From contig NC_068984.1 of assembly GCF_001194135.2 (NCBI RefSeq), positions 138,494,902 through 138,547,735 of the forward strand: a DNA stretch of 52,834 nt, in the 5' to 3' direction. This document shows, piece after piece, positions 21,310 to 33,142 of the stretch; position 1 is the stretch's first letter, and the number at the start of each line of letters is the position of its first letter. Below the pieces are notes generated by a model that was given only the letters and a program-made list of their open reading frames with translations, was not told the DNA's origin and ran no database searches. Source of the stretch: Octopus bimaculoides. Lineage: Eukaryota. A program made the position numbers and the translations under genes.

Positions 21310-21508
21310 GGTTTCAAATTTTGGCACAAAACCAGCAAGTTTGGGGAAGGAGTTAAGTCGATTACTTCGACCCCAGTATTCAACTGGTACTTATCTTATC
21401 GACCCGAAAGAATGAAAGGCAAAGTCAGCCTCGGCGGAATTTGAACTCAGAACGTAAAGGCGGAAAAAGATTTTTCCCGGCATGTTAACGATTCTCCCAT
21501 CTCGCGGT
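21310..21508 (-). mobile_element. SINE-2
   Basis: AACTGGTACTTAT...GAATGAAAGGCAAAGTCAGCCTCGGCGGAATTTGAACTCAGAACG. Confidence 0.85.
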
Positions 21509-21565
21509 CCTCTTCCACTTTCACTATCGATATTGATGTTGTCGTCGACGTTTGCTCAAAACCAC

Positions 21566-21886
21566 GAAGGTGCGTAGCTTACTGGTTGGGGCATTCGACT
21601 CACGATCGTAAGGTCGTGGTTTCGATTCCCGGTGGCACATTGACTCCTTGAGCAAGACATTTTATTTCACGTTGCTCCAAATCTTTCACCTGGCAAAAAT
21701 AAATAGTACTTGTAGTTCAAAGAGCCAGCCTTGTCACATTCTATGTCACGGTAAATCTCCTTGAGAACTACGTTAACGGCACGCGTATCCGTGGAGTACT
21801 CAGCCACTTGCATGTTAATTTCCCAAACAGGCTGTTCCGTTGATGGGGCTAAGTGGAACCTTCGTCGTCGCAACCGACGGAGTGCC
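21566..21886 (+). mobile_element. SINE-4 with tail X
   Basis: GGGGCATTCGACTCACGATCGTAAGGTCGTGGTTTCGATTCC...CCTTGAGCAAGACA...ACCGACGGAGTGCCA. Confidence 0.85.
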
Positions 21887-22089
21887 AGTGCATAGACCCA
21901 GGTTGGCTCTGATCGAGTACTGTAGCTTTCTAATGAAAAGTATACCGGCCGTGTGGAGTAGAGAGTGCATGTCATTGATGAGGTTGTGAGTGGTGACGAA
22001 GGAACTTTAACAAGCCTAGTTGACTGACTGATTGACCAAACGATTAATCAAACAATTGATTAGTTTATTGGTTAACCAATTGACTAATA

Positions 22090-22293
22090 ATAATTTCAAA
22101 TTTTGATATATAAAGCCAGCAATTCTAAAAGCGGGAGAAACTCAATTACATCGACCCAACTATTTGACTGGTACTTTATCTATCCCGAAAGGATGAACAG
22201 CAAAGTCGCTTTCGGCGGCATTTGAACTCAGAGCGTAAAGCTAGAAGAAACGCCGATGCACATGTTAGCACGCTTCTACAAACTCCCCGCCTT
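22090..22293 (-). mobile_element. SINE-2
   Basis: CCCGAAAGGATGAA...AAAGTCG...TTTGAACTCAGAGCG. Confidence 0.8.
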
Positions 22294-22974
22294 AATCAAA
22301 TTACTAATAATATTAAAAAAGTGAACTATAACCAGTGCATGTGTTTATTATTGATATAATGGCCCTCCCGAGATAGAACAAAGTATATAGTAATATTAGG
22401 AAGAAAATAACTTGCAACATTTAGCCAAACCATTTTACGCTTGTATGTTCTCAGTTCACATTTTACAGAGGTTAATTTTCTCGTTAGTATTCTTAGATCA
22501 ATTGAAACACATATATGTCTTCCCTTTTCTTTGACGCTAGGGTGTGATTTCAGCTTACTGTATTTACTACGATGAGTTGCTTATGTATTCTTCATATGTT
22601 CTCGCAGATTCGAATGTGAAAATGCTAATCGCAGTTATGTTTCGTCACAGGAGAACAACATCTCTTTTACGAGGAATATATTTCCATCACACTTTCGATT
22701 CATTTTACAAGGGACTCTGGAACACCCAATGTTTCGACATTGTTCCCTCTCGTCAGTCAAAGGCACCCGGACTATTGTTTCTAACAAAATTTCAAGGTTC
22801 TTGTTTATAACTTGTATCAATCAATAATAACATATTTAGTAGCTCGAGTGACCACATAGACATGGCCTTGTTGATTCCACGTCAGACATTTGCTCGTGTT
22901 ATTGTCGTCTTCTTTATCTGTGATATTCTATTGTTGCTTATAATGCTCACTATTCTTGATATTGTTGTTGCATT

Positions 22975-23164
22975 TCATTTTTTTATCTTTTATTTGTTTC
23001 AGTCATTGGACTGCAGCCGCGCGTGCTTCTGGTACCTAAATTTCTTGAGTCGGATATTTATTCTGTCGCGCTCTTTTGCCGAACGGCCAGGTTCAGGGGA
23101 CGTAAACAAAGAACACCTGTTGTCAATTGGTGGTAGTGGATGGGGACAACTACACATACATATA
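22975..23164 (-). mobile_element. SINE-1 3' module (diverged)
   Basis: TTGTTTCAGTCATTGGACTGC...CTCTTTTGCCGAAC...GGGGACGTAAAC. Confidence 0.7.
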
Positions 23165-24155
23165 NNNNNNNNNNNNNNNNNNNNNNNNNNNNNNNNNNNN
23201 NNNNNNNNNNNNNNNNNNNNNNNNNNNNNNNNNNNNNNNNNNNNNNNNNNNNNNNNNNNNNNNNNNNNNNNNNNNNNNNNNNNNNNNNNNNNNNNNNNNN
23301 NNNNNNNNNNNNNNNNNNNNNNNNNNNNNNNNNNNNNNNNNNNNNNNNNNNNNNNNNNNNNNNNNNNNNNNNNNNNNNNNNNNNNNNNNNNNNNNNNNNN
23401 NNNNNNNNNNNNNNNNNNNNNNNNNNNNNNNNNNNNNNNNNNNNNNNNNNNNNNNNNNNNNNNNNNNNNNNNNNNNNNNNNNNNNNNNNNNNNNNNNNNN
23501 NNNNNNNNNNNNNNNNNNNNNNNNNNNNNNNNNNNNNNNNNNNNNNNNNNNNNNNNNNNNNNNNNNNNNNNNNNNNNNNNNNNNNNNNNNNNNNNNNNNN
23601 NNNNNNNNNNNNNNNNNNNNNNNNNNNNNNNNNNNNNNNNNNNNNNNNNNNNNNNNNNNNNGGGTTAGCTCGTTCGACTAAAATTCTTCAAGAAGGTGCC
23701 CTAACATGGCCTCAGTCTGATGACTAAAACAAGTAAATGAATAAATAAATAAATAAATAAATAAATAATACCTTGTGACATTTAGTAACGTCATACGTCT
23801 TTGCCGGGGGGCAACATTCTCATTTCTATTCTTGAAGCAATTGAATCGGCTATGATTCAACCATATTCTCGCTACACGCTCAAATTTGTAGCCGTGTTAT
23901 AATGCTAACAGTCATAATTATTGACAGTTGACAAAGTCAGACGTGCCAACCGGCTAATGTTTGAACGACAAATAAAGTTTCAAATGTCTTTCCCTAGAGG
24001 AGAAATATTAAACAAAACACGGTTCTCTCAAGTTACAATGAATTTTATAAAGTCAGTGAACTTATATCCGATAAAATAAATATTTTTTTAAAATCAAAAT
24101 CTATCGAGTATTCCTCGACATGTCTGACCCATCCAACAGTGAATAATTATAATAA

Positions 24156-24560
24156 TGGTTTCAAATTTTGGCACAAAATCAACAAATTTAGGGAAGAGGT
24201 AAGTTGATTACATTAACCCCCAAATGTTCAACTGGTACTTATTGACCCGAAAAGAATGAAAGGCAAATCGACCTCACAAGAATTTGAACTCAGAATGCAA
24301 AGTGGGATGAAATACCGCTAAGCATATTGTGCGGCGTACAAACGATTCTTTCAGCTCACCATCTTAAATGATGTTAGTAATAATTATGATAATTATTTCA
24401 AATTTTTTCCACAAGGGCAGCTTGGGGGAGGTGGGGATGAGTCGATTACATCGACCCCATTGTTCAACTGGTACTTATTTTACTGACTCTGAAAGGATGA
24501 AAGGCAAAGTCGACCTCGGCGAAATTTGAACTCAGAATGTAGCGACGTGCGAAATATCAA
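24156..24560 (-). mobile_element. Two tandem SINE-2 copies (24156-24365, 24390-24560)
   Basis: Each contains GAATGAAAGGCAAA/GGATGAAAGGCAAAG and TTTGAACTCAGAAT. Confidence 0.85.
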
Positions 24561-25695
24561 TTTCTTTATTGCCCACGGATGGTGGGGAGGGCTAAACGTT
24601 GAAATGTACAAAACAACTGATTGGGATCAGTAATGCGATATGGTTTACATAAAATATGACTTAAAAATTATATAAAATATAAAAATCGAATGATATTAAC
24701 AGTATCGCTGGTACCTTTTTTGCTCTCTTTTTTCCGTCTATTCACACGGTTCCTTGCACGCACAACACCCGTGCAACATGCTTCCATCTCTTTTGGAAAG
24801 TACACTCCGACAGACATCTCCTCTCTAGCCACATTTTCCTTTTCAAATGAAAAGTAAAAAATAAACGTAAATTGTGGCCAGAGATAAAGTTGCCTGTCTT
24901 AATTCCTTATCCTAGTCTTCCATACTGCCTCTTTCGCTATTGCTACAACCGTGAGAAAACAATTCTTACCTTCGTTTGTTAAAACTCCCGGTGTGTCAGT
25001 TTTTATAATTGACTCAGTCGACAGCTGTACTCTTCCTTCGCCGGACAACAGGTGTTCAGCATAAGCCCACATTTTAGATATCTCCGGAACTGCCCTTCCA
25101 CAAAAAGCGAAAGAGCTGTCTCTCCAACCTGATCAACCACGAATCCGGACAGGGCNNNNNNNNNNGCCAGAGATAAAGTTGCCTGTCTTAATTCCTTATC
25201 CTAGTCTTCCATACTGCCTCTTTCGCTATTGCTACAACCGTGAGAAAACAATTCTTACCTTCGTTTGTTAAAACTCCCGGTGTGTCAGTTTTTATAATTG
25301 ACTCAGTCGACAGCTGTACTCTTCCTTCGCCGGACAACAGGTGTTCAGCATAAGCCCACATTTTAGATATCTCCGGAACTGCCCTTCCACAAAAAGCGAA
25401 AGAGCTGTCTCTCCAACCTGATCAACCACGAATCCGGACAGGGCACGACGGTCAGGCGGTAGGCAATGACCGATGCGATAAACACATTGGCCACCTCCGC
25501 CCTCCATTTCAGGTATAGCCACCGCCAAGACCAGGTCTTGACTACTGCAGCCACCCTGCTCAATATCTCCGTCCAGTTCTTCTCTATCTGGAGGCTTGGT
25601 CCAAACTAAACTCCCAGCAACTTAACCGGTCCCTCCATCCAGCGCATAACAACGCTGTCTGAAGGCATCGATTTGCCAACCCAGGTGCCGAGTTG
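24560..25695 (-). mobile_element. Tx1/L1-like LINE fragment with internal deletion, containing an assembly duplication
   Basis: PVKLLGV*FGPSLQIEKNW...RAEVANVFIASVIAYRLTVVPCPDSWLIRLERQLFRFLWKG joined directly to AYAEHLLSGEGRVQLSTESII...VAIAKEAVWK...FQKRWKHV; ends GTGGGCAATAAAGAAAT. Confidence 0.85.
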
Positions 25696-25699
25696 CAAG

Positions 25700-25785
25700 C
25701 CGACACTTGCCCAAGGTGCCACGCAGTGGAACTGAAACTCGGAAAGCAAACTTTTTACCACACAGTCACTTTCTGCGCCTGTTTC
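25700..25785 (-). mobile_element. SINE-1 head fragment
   Basis: GACACTTGCCCAAGGTGCCACGCAGTGG...TTACCACACAG...CTGCGCCT. Confidence 0.8.
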
Positions 25786-25816
25786 AATCTAGAGTTAATA
25801 ATTGTTTCTTATTCAG

Positions 25817-25970
25817 AGACAAAGCCATCAAGTTTGCTGTGAGAGACTTCGTCGATTCAAACGATTCCAGTACAGGACTGGTACTCGACGATACAACACT
25901 GGCAATGCGTCCAAGTATTAGATCTGTTGAACTATGTTCTCTCGTTTACAATACCTCCGAGCATCACTAA
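25817..25970 (+). CDS. Candidate terminal exon (unverified; product unknown)
   Basis: TTGTTTCTTATTCAG acceptor. One frame gives RQSHQVCCERLRRFKRFQY...KY* (stop 25921), another DKAIKFAVRD...SEHH* (stop 25970). Followed by AT-rich non-repeat sequence with AATAAA. Confidence 0.25.
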
Positions 25971-27050
25971 AGTTTCAGCCAGTTTGTTATACTTGCGTAT
26001 CGCTACATTAATCTCTTAGTTATTACTTCCAGCCATTCCCATAATTAACCGAAAAGGATCGTTAAATAATGGTTGTCAATGTTAAACTGGAAAACCCTGA
26101 GGAGTTAATGATGGAATTGGATCAATTTTCAGATTTGACGGGACGTTTTTTCATACGATTTAATACTGTTGTTTTCTTTTTTTTACCGACATTTTAAAGA
26201 GCCGATGTAACATTATATACTTCAGCAGCAAAATAAACATTATTTGTGTATTTAAATTGACAAATACATGCGTACACGCACATGTCTGTGTGTGTGTGTA
26301 TGTATGTATAAACCACTAAAAGCAGTTGTGACACTTGAGAAAAATATGAGTGTTGATATTACGTGAGAGCTGTGATGCTTCGAAATTAGGATTAAATAAA
26401 AAAACCTTTCCGGGTTAAATGGTAGCTCTTTTATTATTTCCCCAGTCCTCATTTGAAGGGATCGACTTGTGTATTTTGTCTATCTGGGTAACCGAAATAA
26501 ATAACGAAATTGATTTAAAACAGAAAACTTGTACTAAGTCAAACAAAAACCTTTATAATTAGGTTGGTGAAGATATCATAAACAACTCGTTACTACATGG
26601 TACCTAATGTATATATATATATATATATATTATGCAGGGTGGCCCAAAAGTAGGTTTACAGTTATTTAACTATCTCTTTCGCATTCATATATTAACAGTT
26701 TAGATCTTAATTATAAAAAAAAAAATATGAGACCAAAAAAGAAAGCTGTCAGCATCNNNNNNNNNNNNNNNNNNNNNNNNNNNNNNNNNNNNNNNNNNNN
26801 NNNNNNNNNNNNNNNNNNNNNNNNNNNNNNNNNNNNNNNNNNNNNNNNNNNNNNNNNNNNNNNNNNNNNNNNNNNNNNNNNNNNNNNNNNNNNNNNNNNN
26901 NNNNNNNNNNNNNNNNNNNNNNNNNNNNNNNNNNNNNNNNNNNNNNNNNNNNNNNNNNNNNNNNNNNNNNNNNNNNNNNNNNNNNNNNNNNNNNNNNNNN
27001 NNNNNNNNNNNNNNNNNNNNNNNNNNNNNNNNNNNNNNNNNNNNNNNNNN

Positions 27051-27240
27051 CGCTTGACAACCAATGCTGGTGTGTTTACGTCCCCGTAACTTAGCGGTTC
27101 GGCAAAAGAGACTGATAGAATAAGTACTAGGCTTACAAAGAATAAGTCCTGGGGTCGATTTGCTCGACTTTACGCGGTGCTCCAGCATGGCCACAGTCAA
27201 AATGACTGAAACAAGTAAAAGAGTAAAGAGAGTGTGAGAG
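27051..27240 (+). mobile_element. SINE-1 3' module
   Basis: Near-consensus, with GAAACAAGTAAAAGAGTAAAGAG tail. Confidence 0.9.
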
Positions 27241-27796
27241 GAAAAGTCAAATTCAAAGCGAACTGAATTTGTGATAGAATCCGCTTCCAATTGAGGCCAT
27301 TTGAGACTCAATTCTGCTACTTCAGGAAAGGCATGAATGCTGTAAATTCACACTTTTACCATATACAACATTAAGCCTTTATTCCACATCAAATGAAACC
27401 AGAAATGGACCGACTTTGAAGAAAATTACGAACGTAAGTATCTAGATCATTTGGACACGTATATATAGTGATAAATCAGAAAAAAACAAAAATTATCTGA
27501 AGAATTCTGACCCTGGCCCTAACCTTAACTGTAATCATAACCGTAACCCCAGATAGATGTTTATATTTGATCTATTTGTTGCGGTTTGGGATACATTTGG
27601 CCAACAAATAGGAAAGTGAGAATTTCCCATCACTGAAAATTAAATGTACTTGGCGTCAACCTTGATGTGGCGGTGACATTTAAGTAAATTTCTCCACTTA
27701 TTTCGTCGTGTGCATGTGTGTACGTATACGGCGTTATACGTACATACATACATACACACATACATACATAAATACATACATACATACATACATATA

Positions 27797-27838
<42 letters not shown>

Positions 27839-28796
27839 NNNNNNNNNNNNNNNNNNNNNNNNNNNNNNNNNNNNNNNNNNNNNNNNNNNNNNNNNNNNNN
27901 NNNNNNNNNNNNNNNNNNNNNNNNNNNNNNNNNNNNNNNNNNNNNNNNNNNNNNNNNNNNNNNNNNNNNNNNNNNNNNNNNNNNNNNNNNNNNNNNNNNN
28001 NNNNNNNNNNNNNNNNNNNNNNNNNNNNNNNNNNNNNNNNNNNNNNNNNNNNNNNNNNNNNNNNNNNNNNNNNNNNNNNNNNNNNNNNNNNNNNNNNNNN
28101 NNNNNNNNNNNNNNNNNNNNNNNNNNNNNNNNNNNNNNNNNNNNNNNNNNNNNNNNNNNNNNNNNNNNNNNNNNNNNNNNNNNNNNNNNNNNNNNNNNNN
28201 NNNNNNNNNNNNNNNNNNNNNNNNNNNNNNNNNNNNNNNNNNNNNNNNNNNNNNNNNNNNNNNNNNNNNNNNNNNNNNNNNNNNNNNNNNNNNNNNNNNN
28301 NNNNNNNNNNNNNNNNNNNNNNNNNNNNNNNNNNNNNNNNNNNNNNNNNNNNNNNNNNNNNNNNNNNNNNNNNNNNNNNNNNNNNNNNNNNNNNNNNNNN
28401 NNNNNNNNNNNNNNNNNNNNNNNNNNNNNNNNNNNNNNNNNNNNNNNNNNNNNNNNNNNNNNNNNNNNNNNNNNNNNNNNNNNNNNNNNNNNNNNNNNNN
28501 NNNNNNNNNNNNNNNNNNNNNNNNNNNNNNNNNNNNNNNNNNNNNNNNNNNNNNNNNNNNNNNNNNNNNNNNNNNNNNNNNNNNNNNNNNNNNNNNNNNN
28601 NNNNNNNNNNNNNNNNNNNNNNNNNNNNNNNNNNNNNNNNNNNNNNNNNNNNNNNNNNNNNNNNNNNNNNNNNNNNNNNNNNNNNNNNNNNNNNNNNNNN
28701 NNNNNNNNNNNNNNNNNNNNNNNNNNNNNNNNNNNNNNNNNNNNNNNNNNNNNNNNNNNNNNNNNNNNNNNNNNNNNNNNNNNNNNNNNNNNNNNN

Positions 28797-28857
<61 letters not shown>

Positions 28858-29047
28858 CCATCACTATCATGCACACATTAACACCTACAGCCTTACGTAT
28901 TCACACATATAAACATCATCTCATGCATGTATGGACGCTCATACACCTGGTAGTCTTCTGTATCTGGAAAGAGACAAAGGTCTTGTAAATGCTGATTTGC
29001 CGAAAAGACCTTTCACTCTCTTCTATATGTAAGAAAAGCAATCATAT

Positions 29048-29502
29048 ATGTTTCAAATTTTGGCAGAAGGCCAGCAAGTTTGGGGAGGGTTAAGGCGCTT
29101 ACATCGACCCCAGTGCTCAACTGGTACTTATTTTATCGATCCCAGAAAGGATGAAAGGCAAAGTCGACCTCGGCGGAATTTGAACTCAGAACGTAAAGAC
29201 TGGCGAAACAGCGCAAAGGATTATTGCCCGGCGTGCTAACGATTCTGCCAGCTCGCCGCCTTAAGAAGAGCAATCATACTGAATATTGATTTCAAATTTT
29301 TGCACAAGGCCAGCAATTTTGGGTGGTAGCATAAGTCGATTAAATCGAACCCAGTGCTCAACTGGTATTTATTTTTATTAACCTCTAAAAAGATGAAAGG
29401 CAAAATCTACCTTGATGAAATTTGAACTCTGAACGTAAAAACGGACGAAGTGCCGCTAAGCATTTTTCCCGACGTGCAAATGATTCTGCCAGATAACCGC
29501 CT
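29048..29502 (-). mobile_element. Two tandem SINE-2 copies (29048-29262, 29286-29502)
   Basis: Both full length, ending CAGCTCGCCGCC and CAGATAACCGCC. Confidence 0.9.
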
Positions 29503-29565
29503 TATCATCAGATTAAATACAATATTATTCAGAATATTTATCATATCTAATACTGAATTTTCTGG

Positions 29566-30226
29566 ATCTTTTCTGCTTGGCTGCACTTTTTGAAATTTTA
29601 GAATTCAGTGAAAACTTTCAAATTTGGTGTATTGATGAAATTTTTTCCGCTGAATCTCAGGGCCTAATTCACTTGTTCCAGAAAATCTTTTAAATAAGTT
29701 TCAGATGCTAAAAATTCGATAATTTTTACCCAGTTAGAAAACAGGATTTGGAAGCTGTCATTTTGTGCGTGACTGCAATCGTAAGACGACAAAACAATGC
29801 CGACATTGCAACGTGTTACAAGACTTTGATAAACAAATAACTACCAAAAAGTGAGTAAACAACACATATTTTGTAGTTTTAAGCATTCAAGAGGTGGGGT
29901 CGAAAATGCAACGTAAAATACCATTAAAAAACAGCAACAGATGGGTACAAGCAGGAAAACAGCGTAAAATATCAGTTTGTAAACACACGTGGATTTTCGT
30001 AAACAAGAGTTCCAAATCTTGGCTTGTTATTATGGAAACATGTAATTATATGCCTGTGGCTTTCGATTGGCTAAAATCACACAAAATTTGGAAGTTTTGA
30101 AAGCTATTAACCGTTTATTTATTGATATACAGCCAAAATGAATTTCCTGTCAATAGTTAACGTACAAAACTATGCCAATACACCAAACTTAAAGAAATTG
30201 AAAAATGGCAGCCAAGCAGAAAAGAT
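29566..30226. mobile_element. Non-autonomous TIR element, 661 bp, unclassified
   Basis: Perfect 19-bp inverted repeat ATCTTTTCTGCTTGGCTGC (29566-29584 and 30208-30226), with weaker pairing extending inward. Confidence 0.6.
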
Positions 30227-30728
30227 TTAATTATTTACTTTTCTTTGACTTTAGTGACCGACTTCAGTTTCTATAAATCCTGTTACAGACCCATTCTGCA
30301 AATAGGTTTGTAAAACTAGTATTGCTTCTTAATTTACGCTAGCAACATACTAAAGTATACAACAAACGGTACACAACTCTAGTTATTGAGTTAACTTCTT
30401 CCGGATTTTACATAAGCTGAGGTATTTAAACTATTTTTGATCCGAGTGGCTTTTATAATGCAAATGGAAAGTTTCTCTTATTTACAAACGCATAATCGAG
30501 TAAGTATGCCGAAAAGTCATTTACTTTTTATACCTCGTTAACAACTCTGGAGCTTTATCTCTATTGAGAAATTCTTTTAGGGAGAGCTAGGTATTGTGAA
30601 TTAATTGATAAGATATAAATGTAACCTGTATTAGGTATTATAAGTTTCAATTTGAAAATTAAAATAGCGATAGAAATATCTACGACTGTCTTCTTATCGC
30701 GAGAAAGTAAACTTGTCCTTTTGCTTAA

Positions 30729-30924
30729 CTCATGAAGTCCAACTGTCCTGTAAATAGGACGCTAAATGAGAACATTAAATAAGCTATATCGCATTGTCTC
30801 AGTGTCCTATTTATAGGACACCGAGTATTTCCATTTCTATTTTTTTCATTTTAACATATTTTTTGTCATCTGTAAAAATTTGAAAGTAATATTCAGAAAT
30901 GTAAGTACTCTGGGACTTAATGGG
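30729..30924. mobile_element. piggyBac-type MITE, 196 bp
   Basis: TTAA on both sides (30725-28, 30925-28); TIRs CTCATGAAGTCC and CCCATTAAGTCC (10/12); two internal palindromes. Confidence 0.65.
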
Positions 30925-31074
30925 TTAAAGACATGTCAGTTTTGGCGAATGCTTGATTCTAGAGATTTTCTCCCGTTCACAAGTGAAGCTGGTCTTAATT
31001 GCCATTCATTAATTACGACACAGCCACTGGAGGTAGAGATAATTTTAATAAATCAAGAACATACGTTGTATGTT

Positions 31075-31142
31075 ATTTGATATATCTGTATTATGTCATT
31101 TGATATATCTGTATTATGTCATTTGATATATCTGTATTTGTC
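31075..31142. repeat. Tandem repeat, about 3 x 23 bp (ATTTGATATATCTGTATTATGTC)
   Basis: Direct inspection. Confidence 0.9.
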
Positions 31143-31574
31143 TGTCGTTCCAGTGTATTCCATTGGCCACTTTTAGCTCATTTCTGTTTAAATTACACAA
31201 ATTACCTTGGCTATAAATGTATTCAACTCTTTTTAAATGTCTAAATCTCTTAGCTTCCGGTGATGAGTTATAACGAGTGCCGTGCTAATGACGGTTATTG
31301 CATCAGACACATGTGTCCATAACTGCCCTCTTATCTATAGACACTAAGCCTCCCCTTTTCCTCTGTACCATTTGGAGAATTCTTAAGTCTTGAGATTTTC
31401 TCCCTTAGAGCTGATCTTAATCCCCATTTGGTAATTTTGACACAGCTTCTAATTTTAAGAAAATAAGTCAAGAATTTATGCTGTATGGTATTTTATATAC
31501 ATCTAATTGTCTATGTCGCTGTACAGTGCACACGTACATACAAACATACATACATACATACATACATACATACA

Positions 31575-31605
<31 letters not shown>

Positions 31606-33142
31606 GTATGTATGTGTGTATGCATGTATAAAGGCAAAAATATGAAAATGAATACAAATACATGGTATAGACAAATATAAGTGTATATATGTGTGTGTGT
31701 ACGTGTGCATGCGTTTGTGCACACATGAATAGAAATACAAACATTTAAGAGCAACATACACACGTACAAACACACACACAAGCATACACATGTAACTGAT
31801 TATGTCACCACTTAGGCTGTTCCAGAGCCCGCTACTGCTCCAATCACATTCAACACCTCGTACTGGAATCTGGCGCATCCCAAAGTGGCTAAGAGTTTTT
31901 TTGATTTGTTTTTTGTTTTTTTGATCAGCCATTTCGTGAAGACCTCTAGATCCTGGTGGGGGGGGGGATTATTAATCAAACATCCACAGACCGTCAACAT
32001 GATACTTTTTTACTAAGAATCTATCTTTACAAGATGTCTAATTCTGGTCCCGGTTTCAAGTTTAAAATATTATGTTAACTACACAGTCTTCCGCCAGGTT
32101 ATATATTAAACTGATCAGGCAATGCTGTCTTCCGGATTTTCGGCTTGCCACCACCAAGAGTAAACCACGTTTCTCTCGCCTTGACTTCATCCCATCATCA
32201 TATTACAATGGAGTGAGACTACAAGAAGGGCGGTGGGCCTCAACGTTTTAGCTATTGATTCTTTGGTCCTAAACTCCTAACTTTCTGGTCAGTTCTTGGG
32301 ACTGAAGACAAGAGAATTTTATTTTCAGTTCCTAAAGTTATGACTCGTAGTACTTTGATAATACCAGCACATATGGCCTGAAGTTGATGTTTTTTTTTTT
32401 GTTTTTTTTTTATTTGTTGCGTTCCTTTCAGTTTTTCTATTACTTCTGAAAAGAAAGCATTTAAATGACATTTACTACACTATGTACAGCAGCTCGGCTT
32501 TCTTCCCTGCACCGCTAGTTTTAAAGGTCTCCTCATAGCCGCTTTGTGGAACGACTCCGGAATTCCTTAGAGATTTTTAGAGGCCATCAGGATTTGTATA
32601 TCAATAGAGACGCCACAATACCAGATATTATTACCGTTCACGTCGGCACTCGTTTTCTGGCCAATGCTTTTCCACACAGGTAACAAACAACGTTGACCAG
32701 AAGCTTTGGTCAACGTTGTTTTCGATGTCTTTCCCGGTTACTCATTTATTTTATTCGTTCCGTATATTTGAGAACATATTAATGAACGGTATGTAACACA
32801 ATTGCTTAGTCTGTTTCCTCGCCCTGGTCTTAATTTTAATCATGATGCACACACTTTGATATAATCCGGTCACTCGACAGAGTGAACAGAGTATATCTTT
32901 TCATGTATTGGCGTTTTTGATTGAGTGAGTGAGTTACAGCTTTTCATGTATCAGTGATTTAGAAGAATCGCTAGAGCGCATAAGTGCTGTGTCATGTGTA
33001 TGTCAGGTGAAGAGTGGTGTGATGCCTACGTCAGTGGCGTGATGTATACATTATGCGTATCAGCAGTAACAGGCCAGTTTTTTTTTCCTTTTTTTTCGGT
33101 TGTTTTGTTATGTTTTTTAGATTTTAAAGAAAATTTCCTTGC

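Noticed and set aside
24877-25444. Exact 279-bp tandem duplication around the 10-N gap
   Set aside because: Identical copies on either side of a minimal gap indicate an unmerged contig overlap.
26070-26200. Short ORF MVVNVKLENPEELMMELDQF...
   Set aside because: 42 codons with no splice support or homology.
26635-26700. CAGGGTGGCCCAAAAGTAGG, a Tc1-like TIR start
   Set aside because: No matching second end is visible before the gap at 26757, so it cannot be supported as an element.
27240-27335. Minus-strand FPEVAELSLKWPQL...NSV resembling a hAT dimerisation motif
   Set aside because: Match too short and degenerate, and no TIRs or other transposase segments were found.
27640-27683. Hairpin TTAAATGT...ACATTTAA as a pre-miRNA
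   Set aside because: Stem too short and bulged, AT-rich arms, no supporting evidence.
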